Positions 56,601 to 64,000 of a DNA stretch of 64,000 nt are shown here, piece after piece. Every line of letters starts with the position of its first letter. The stretch's first letter is position 1. The DNA is taken from the NCBI GenBank assembly GCA_009914755.4, contig CP086569.2:6336001-6400000 (forward strand), given 5' to 3'. The translations under genes and the position numbers were made by a program. The notes beneath the pieces were generated by a model, which was not told where the DNA came from, did not search any database, and saw nothing but the letters and a program-made list of their open reading frames with translations. The DNA comes from the human T2T-CHM13v2.0 reference genome, Homo sapiens.

Positions 56601-57129
56601 TGGCCCAGGCTACATACTTCCCTGCTGATAAAGCAAGCAAGTTTCTAGGCCTCACCCCTTCCAGCCTGCCCACATTTTCAGCCACAGCTCCTGCACTCCT
56701 TTCGGTAGCAGTTCTTGTTCACCCCTTGGATTCTGCTCAAAAGAGTTTGCACCTTGTTGAATTTATTACAAAATTTAGTTGGAAACTTCTTTCACCCTGT
56801 AACCATTTCCAAATTCCATCGGCTGCCTTCCCCAAAGATACTTGTGAGATATAGTCAGAGATGGCTTCCCTGGGCTCAAGCTGGAAATGGGAGTGCCTAC
56901 AGGGCTCTTCTTGCTGTTGCTTCTACTTTCATATTTCACACTAAATCCATTTCGGCTTTAGGTAAGGTTAAATCCTCCTGTAATCTGGATTTTCAGGTTC
57001 CCAGTGGGGATGTGTTTTGGAGGTAGGTTTTCCCCCTTTTATAGTTTGGGAACTCAAAGTTTTTTGCCTGTCTCACAGAATTTTCAGCAGTGTGCCACTT
57101 CTTTCAAAGGATCTGTGAATGCATTGTAT

Positions 57130-57239
57130 GTTTTTAAGCATTCAATATATTATGAATATTTTATATTAATTGAGTAGCTGTATTTCTTCTGTGAATTGCA
57201 TGTTTATATCTTTTTCCCATTTCCAGATTTTTGGTTTTT
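57130..57239 (-). mobile_element. Old L1 (L1M-like) ORF2 fragment, antisense, flanking the Alu; possibly continues 57553-57858
   Basis: gtagctgtatttcttctgtgaattgcatgtttatatctttttcccattt is an L1M antisense ORF2 C-terminal hallmark. Confidence 0.4.
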
Positions 57240-57552
57240 ATTTTTTTCTCTTTTTTTTGAGACAGGGTCTTGCTCTGTCACCTAGGCTGGAGTGGAGTGG
57301 TGAGGTCATAGCTCATAGCTCACTGCAGCCTCAACCTCCTTAGCTGAAGCAATCCTCCCACCTCGGCTTCCCAAGCAGCTGGGACTACGGCAAGTGCCAC
57401 TTCACCTGGATAATTTTATTTATTTATTTATTGTTGAGACATGGTCTCACTAAGTTGCCCAGGCTGGTCTTGAACTTCTGGGCTCAAGCAATCCTCCCGC
57501 CTTCGGCCTCCCAAAGTGTTAGAATTACAGGCATGAGCCACGACACCTGGCC
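57240..57552 (-). mobile_element. Alu SINE (older subfamily), minus strand, full length
   Basis: poly-T, then gagacagggtcttgctctgtcacctaggctggagtggagtggtgaggtcatagctca ... ggcctcccaaagtgttagaattacaggcatgagccacgacacctggcc. Confidence 0.95.
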
Positions 57553-57858
57553 TATTATTAATTTTTATAGATTTATGTAAGCAAGGATGTTACCCATTTC
57601 TCTATTATTTACATGATATTATCTATTTTTGAATTTATGTTTTTATTTTTTGTTTACTTTCCGTACATTTTAAGCTTTAGTAATCATCCAATCTATCAAT
57701 TTTTTAAAAATAATTTCTGAGTGCTGTATCATGGTGAGAAAGGTATTCTCCAAACTATCATTATTGGAAAAAAATTGACCATATTTTCTGCAATTGCTTT
57801 TATGACATCAGTTTTATATTTATATGGTTAATCTATATCAATTAAGTTTTGTTTAATT

Positions 57859-58335
57859 GTGGTGAGTAAGTATAGTGGGCAGTATGGCTCCTCCTAAGAT
57901 GCCCATGCCACAATCCCTGGAACCTATTATTATGTTAGGTTATATGGCAGAAAGGATTTTGCAGATGTAATTAACGTTACAAACCTTAGGATAGGAAAAG
58001 TGTCTGGATCATTAGATAGGGCCAATCTACCATCCAGGAGGTAGGGATGGCCCCCATCAGGCAGCCAGCAAGAAAATTCTACCTCAGTCCTAAAGGGGCA
58101 AGAAACTATATTCTGCCACTTATCTGAATGTGCTTGGAAGCAGATAATTCCCAGGGACTCCCAGTAAGATCCCAGCAGGCTAACACCTTGATTTCTCTGT
58201 TGTAAGACCCAAAGCTGTTAACCTAGCTGAGCCTGCCAGATTTCTGATCTATAGAAATAAAGAAATGTGAGATAAAACATAGATGTTGTTTTGAGCTACT
58301 AAATTTGTAGTGATTTCTTATGGCAACAATGAAAA
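57859..58335 (+). mobile_element. MaLR LTR, MLT1-type, solo
   Basis: ttattatgttaggttatatggcagaaaggattttgcagatgtaattaacgttacaaaccttaggataggaaaagtgtctggatcattagatagggccaat ... ccagcaagaaaattc ... tgagataaaacatagatgttgttttgagctactaaatttgtagtgatttcttatggcaacaatgaaaa. This matches my memory of the MLT1 consensus (tgcagatgtgattaaggttaaggatcttgagatgggg...ctgtaagataataaatttgtgttgttttaagccactaagtttgtggtaatttgttacagcagc). Confidence 0.7.
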
Positions 58336-61300
58336 TTAAGATGATATGTTTAATTTTTTTCTTATCCATATAGGGAAAAAAAAATCCCAAAACTGCATTA
58401 ATTAGGGTTTCCCTGTTTTATTTTAAATATGATGTATTACACTTTTTGATGGAAAAGAAAACTTCAGCCAAAGCCATCTTGGAGTAAGATGTGAAGTTAA
58501 GTTCTGAGCCCACATACTGAATATAATTATGAAATGATAGTAAAGGAATTGTGACTGGAAAGTAATGTCTATATAATATTCATACATCTTTTTGTTCTTT
58601 TGTCATCAGTGCATATAAAATCCTTCACACCTGATGCCGCAGATGCTTAATAGGCAAGCAACTCTCCCCAACTGAAGCGATGCTGTACAAAACAGAAGGG
58701 CTAACACAAATCAGGGTTTGAAGTGTATTGAAGTAAAATCTATTCTCCAATTAACAAGCAATGTTGCGTTTAAATACATAAATGAATTATAAAATTATAA
58801 AATTTTGACAAACATTCTGAGAAGGATGTATTTGTAGACACTTGGGAAATCATCATGCCATTTTTAGGCTGAAGAAAATGACTGATTTATGTGTATTGTA
58901 TAACCATTATTTTTTGTATAAAACAAAATAATCTAGAAATAATTTTTGCTCAAATAGAAACAATAATGATGTCACTAATAAAATGTTCGTAAGTTGTGTC
59001 TTAGAAACCAAATATTTCAATCTTTGATACACATTAAGCAAATGATTTCTTTAAACCATAGAGTCATTGAAAATTTAATGAGTGTCATGAAATTCCAACC
59101 TTACACATGTCAAATAGTTTTGTGGAATAAGAAGTAGAAATGAGTAATTAAATACATGCATATAAACTAGGTCACCCTCTCATAAGACCTGATCTTTATA
59201 GGCTGACAATTGTATATAAGAATATGAATATACTGGTAGAATTCTGATTCAAGTTTTAACTAACTTCTGTGTATCTCATACACTCTTTCCAGTTTAAAGC
59301 ATTCATGTCCTATTAATTCAGGTACATTGCCTCTTCAGAGTGCTCAAATAGACTTTGCTGAATAAATACTTATTATAAAGAAAAGCTTTTCAACCCACCC
59401 ACTTATTGTCATAAAGGCAGAAATAGTTATTTAACTGGATTTGCCTTTTTTAACCAATTATGTTTTGTAAAAGTTATGAACATATACCGTAATTTTACTT
59501 TTATTATTTGTTTGCCAATGCCATTGTAGTTGAACATCTTTCTTGTCTCCTTCAAAAGTGAGATGTGAAATTTCTCTCAACTTGAGATTAAAGGCATCAA
59601 AGTAACCTGATGTTTAAAGATTTCTTTCTTTGGATTTGAACAAAGTCTGTTCTATTCCTTAAAAAAGAATTCTCAATGATGCCAAACCTTTTTCTGTATT
59701 CAAACTTGTGCTGAGGATGACATTGGTTCTGTGAAATAAATTCCCAGCTTTCATATATGACAGCTAGTTTAATGCAGAGCAAAACAACTACCATCATTCA
59801 CATTTTGTTCCTAAGTGTAGTGGTAAAAATGTTCAGTGACAAAACCATATTAGAGAAATATACAATTTTATTGATGGATATTACAGAGGATATTAAAGAA
59901 ATATATGCATCTATTTCTCACCTAAAATTAGACCTTTTTTAAAAAACTTACTTTGTTGCATTTTACCTAATTCTCATATACTCTTATTAATAGCTCAGAC
60001 ACTTTTCATGCATAAAAAAATCCATTTAATTTCTAAATGAAGGGAAGAACAGTTAAAAGAGTAGTCAAACATGGCAGGATATTGTTAAAAAGCTATCATA
60101 TTTTCAGATACATCTGCCACTGTCGAGGGAGCAATGTCCTGCAAGATAAGCAAATTACTAAAGGTATGTGATAACCAGCAAAAAGAGACATTTAAAATGA
60201 AATTTTTAATTAGTTTTATAGACAGAGCTAAGTCACTTTCTCTTATATGAAGTAGATTTTAAAACATAATTATCCATGAAAATATGATTATTTAAAAATA
60301 TTTTATGCACTTTCTTAATCATCTCCAAATATTTTATTATTTTTCCATGAATATTCTATGAAGTACTAAAGAATATTGCAATGTAGAGATCTTTCAAAAT
60401 TCTGAGGCTCACAAATATATTGTAATGCATAAGATTTAACTGAGAGAAAGCAGAAGCAAAATTATAATATTTGTATAGTTAACACAATATTTCAAAATAT
60501 ATTAATTATATTTTAAGTTATATAAATGGAAAAAGGAATATTTTTTTATTTGAACATCTTAAGAGCTGCTTAAAATTATTCCCTCAAAAGCATAGATTTA
60601 AACATTTTATTCTGCCACTGATTAATCTTTAATGATATCTCAGTTATGACCAACAGTAACAGAAGAGCTATTTTAACAGATTCTACAGTAAACTCGGCAA
60701 TGCTTGTAGGCTGGAAGTATGCAGCTCAGCCTTCATGGCTTATAGACTATTGCATTGTGGCTGCAGCAAAATTAGTATCTGCTTCCTAATGTGCCTACCT
60801 CTGTTGTTTAGACAACACTGATGAATTTGCTTCATCTGCAGAGCCTAAAAAGATAATTAAGTCTTTTATGTCCCTAGTGTCTCAGTGAAGTAATTCTGTC
60901 AGTATAGGATTATACTTCTTTTTACTGTTACAGAATTGCATGTTTACACTTAATCTTAAACGACAGGCTGAGCAGAAAGTTAGAAAACAGAGGAAGGTTG
61001 GTGAGATTGTGTACAATTGCTGGAATTCATTAGACATCGAGGCTTCATAATTTATATTTTGCTGTAAATTATGAATTTGTACATTTGTCTCATCATGTTA
61101 TAAGTCAAGATTGGACTCAAAACAGAATCACGGGAAAGAAAAATGTCTAAGTATCAAAAATATAACCTATCAGTGTTAGGGCATTATTACTAACTGCAGT
61201 GAAACATATGGTTTTTATAAGATAACTGTGTTAAACATGCTATGTGCAACTTAAGTCTTTAACAAGGTCTCCTTATCTTTTACTCCACCTATCCTGTATT

Positions 61301-62787
61301 CTCTCTTGGAGCTCTGATGAATGAAAAAGAGATTTATTAATATATACATTAACATTAATGCACAGCTAACTCAGTCATTAGTGTCATAGCTCAGGTTTTT
61401 GAAGAATTCAAGTGTAGCATCTTATCATGTTACCCAAATGAAGAGTAGAACAGAGCTATGCCAGCAGCAATTCTGATTATTTGGCTGTAAGAGTAGTTTT
61501 GTCACACATCTTTTGAAAGGTACTTAAAATGGTAAACCAACCTTTTCATCAATATCAAGCTTTCATGGATAGCATATTGTTTTGTAAGTTACCTTTTCCT
61601 GGTTTGATAATTAGAAAATGCTATTGAAGGTATACTTTTCCTTAGAATAATCACATTTGGCATAGATTATCTTCCTGTCATTTCTTGAAAAGATTGACAT
61701 GCCCTAATTTTACAAATAAAATTGTTTCATGTGTAATTCCAAAAGCTTTTACAATATAGCATAATTAAATAATAATTAGCTTATTGGTAATATGATCCTG
61801 ATAAAAATATTTACATCAGTATAAAATGTGTAGACCTTGCAATAGAACTAAGACTTAGAAAATGTATTTTAAATTGGTGCTTATCTTTGTGCTTATTGAA
61901 ACACTTATAAACTGATATGCAGTTAGCACCTGATAGTCTTCTACAGCAAATTTAAATTTTACATTTTCACAGATATAAACTGATTAGAAGGAATGTTAAG
62001 CTAGATCTGAATTTCTGTAAAGCAAGATAAGTATATATGGATATGTGTGTATAAATATTATATCTCTATAGGATTTATTATATTTGTAAATGTATCTCTT
62101 TGTCAGTAAATTGAGGATATTAAGTACCTACTATATGCTAAGCACTGTTCTGATACAAAGGACATATTAGGATCAAAGATGCAAATTCCCCAGCCTCATG
62201 GAGCTTAAATTTTAGTGGCAAAGTCAGAAAATAACCAAACAAATAATAGTATCATATCAGGTAGTGATAAGTCATATAAAACAATTAAATAAAAGGAATA
62301 AGTAAAGAATAAAAATGGCCATATTGTAGATAGGAAGTCTGTAGAAGGCTTCTATGAAGAGGTAATATTTGTATAGAGACTTCAGTAAAGTGAGGAAATT
62401 ATACATAAGATAAAACAAATAAGAAACCAACCTACCACAGGGTTAGCCTGCACAATTCATGTTAATCTGCTTTGTCCATGATGGTTGATATGTATATAAG
62501 TGATGTCAAATATTTTATTCCCTTAGGAGGTTTAACTATTGTCTCTGCAATCTTGTTTGTGTATTCAAATTGTTGTAGGTTCTTTGTAATGATTAACAGA
62601 AGTCAAAAGAGAAGAAAAAGAAAACAAAACACAACCTAACATGTAATTAAATACTGTTTTCATTTAAATGCTTTTTATTTATCCTATATCAGATTATGGA
62701 AGCTTAAAGGAACCTTCAGGAATTTAGAGATTATTCTCTAGTCCACTCCCCCTCCTTTCATAGATGGTAGCTCAGGTAAATATGCGT

Positions 62788-62802
62788 GGTGTGTGTGTGT
62801 GT

Positions 62803-62833
<31 letters not shown>
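62788..62833. repeat. (GT)n microsatellite
   Basis: gtgtgtgtgtgtgtgtatgtgtgtgtgtgtgtgtgtgtgtg. The ORF at 62764-62979 is a translation artefact. Confidence 0.95.
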
Positions 62834-63438
62834 CTTGCCCATGTTTGAAAAAGAATACTACTTATTCTGGTCAATCTTTCCTTTTGATACTGCACATCAT
62901 GAAATTTATCTTAGTTTGCAGAATTGCTCTGAAATATAATTCAGTTTCTGTTTGTGGTTCTACAACGTTCCCACACTAATTAAAGAATAATCTCTTTTAG
63001 CAAAAGCCCAAACCTCCTTACTGTGATGAGTGCTTATTGGAAGCAGCATGTTATCTTTCACTCGGATAAATTGAATCCTTTGTCTAAATGGTAGATATCC
63101 ATGTTATAAGATCAGAAGTCGGCTTTCAAAGGGATTTTTAATATATTTTTAATTGTTGTGGGTACACATCAGGGATATATATTTATGGGGTACATGAGAT
63201 GTTTTGATAGAAGCATGCAATGTGAAATAAGCATATCGTGGAGAATTTTGTTTCTTCTTATTTTCCTAGGAATATATTCTTCCTTGAGAGATGTCTCAGT
63301 TTTCCTAGTTATAAAGAGTTATTTTGTAAAAGGTTCCTATAGCATTACCATGTGACCTCATATGATAAGCAAAATTTCTAAAATGATCTCCCAGGGATGT
63401 CTCACCTTAATCCTCAGAACCTGACACAATGATGAGAT

Positions 63439-64000
63439 GTGACTCTTTTGAAAATGTTATATTACATGGCATAGTGGATCCTAAAAAGAGAGCACTTATC
63501 CTAAATAATTTGGTTTGCCCCATGGAATCACATGAACCCTTAAAAGAAGACAGCTTTGTCAGGCTGGTGGCAGAAAAAAAGAAAACCAGAAAGATTTAAA
63601 GTTGTAATGAGATTCAGCACACGATTTCCAGTTTGAGGAAGGAGGTGGCCACATGAGAAGAAATGTGAGCAATCTTAAGAAGCTAAGAGAGCTCCCTGGC
63701 TGGCTGCCAGCAAGAAAAAAGGGCGTCCGTCATATGACCACAAGACACTGAATTTTGCCAACAACTAGAATGAATTTGGAAGTGGTTTTCCCCCAGAGCC
63801 TCCATATAAGAGCCCTTATGTAATTTTACTTTGATTTCCACCCCTTGAAATGTACACCTTAATTTCAACCATGTAATACTTTCAGCACAGAAGTAAGCTG
63901 TGCTGTACTAGACTTAGGACCTAGAGAACTGTGAGCTAATAAATATGTATTGTTTTTAGCTACTAAATTTGTAGTAATTTGTTACACAGGAAATGAAAAC
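63439..64000 (+). mobile_element. MaLR LTR, MLT1-type, second copy, running to the window edge
   Basis: tgtgactcttttgaaaatgttatattacatggcatagtggatcc ... ggaggtggccacatgagaagaaatgtgagcaatcttaagaagctaagagagctccctggctggctgccagcaagaaaa ... gaactgtgagctaataaatatgtattgtttttagctactaaatttgtagtaatttgttacacaggaaatgaaaac. Confidence 0.7.

Overview
This window is primate, almost certainly human, nuclear genomic DNA. It is AT-rich (roughly mid-30s % GC by eye) and gene-poor, with no intact protein-coding gene. Nearly all recognisable content is retrotransposon debris. There are at least five LINE-1 copies. One is a near-full-length ~6.8 kb L1 on the minus strand with a GC-rich 5'UTR. One is an L1PA-like copy bounded by a perfect 10-bp target-site duplication. 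Five Alu SINEs are present, and one has a perfect 9-bp target-site duplication. There are ERVL/MaLR-class LTRs: one THE1/MST-type, two MLT1-type, and two copies of another LTR-like family. Two ERV pol remnants are present, one RNaseH/integrase and one dUTPase. Microsatellites and minisatellites are numerous. The one gene-derived sequence is a decayed processed pseudogene (retrocopy) fragment of sorcin (SRI) on the minus strand with an AATAAA signal and poly-A tail. There is no prokaryotic gene organisation, no CRISPR array and no defence-system-like operon. The ORFs in the supplied six-frame track are translations through Alu, L1, ERV and simple-repeat sequence, not genes. The most biologically interesting items are the truncated SRI retrocopy, several cleanly nested insertions that give relative dating, and a compound microsatellite cluster. 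All family assignments are from my memory of consensus sequences. Coordinates are ±10-30 bp unless a target-site duplication fixes them.
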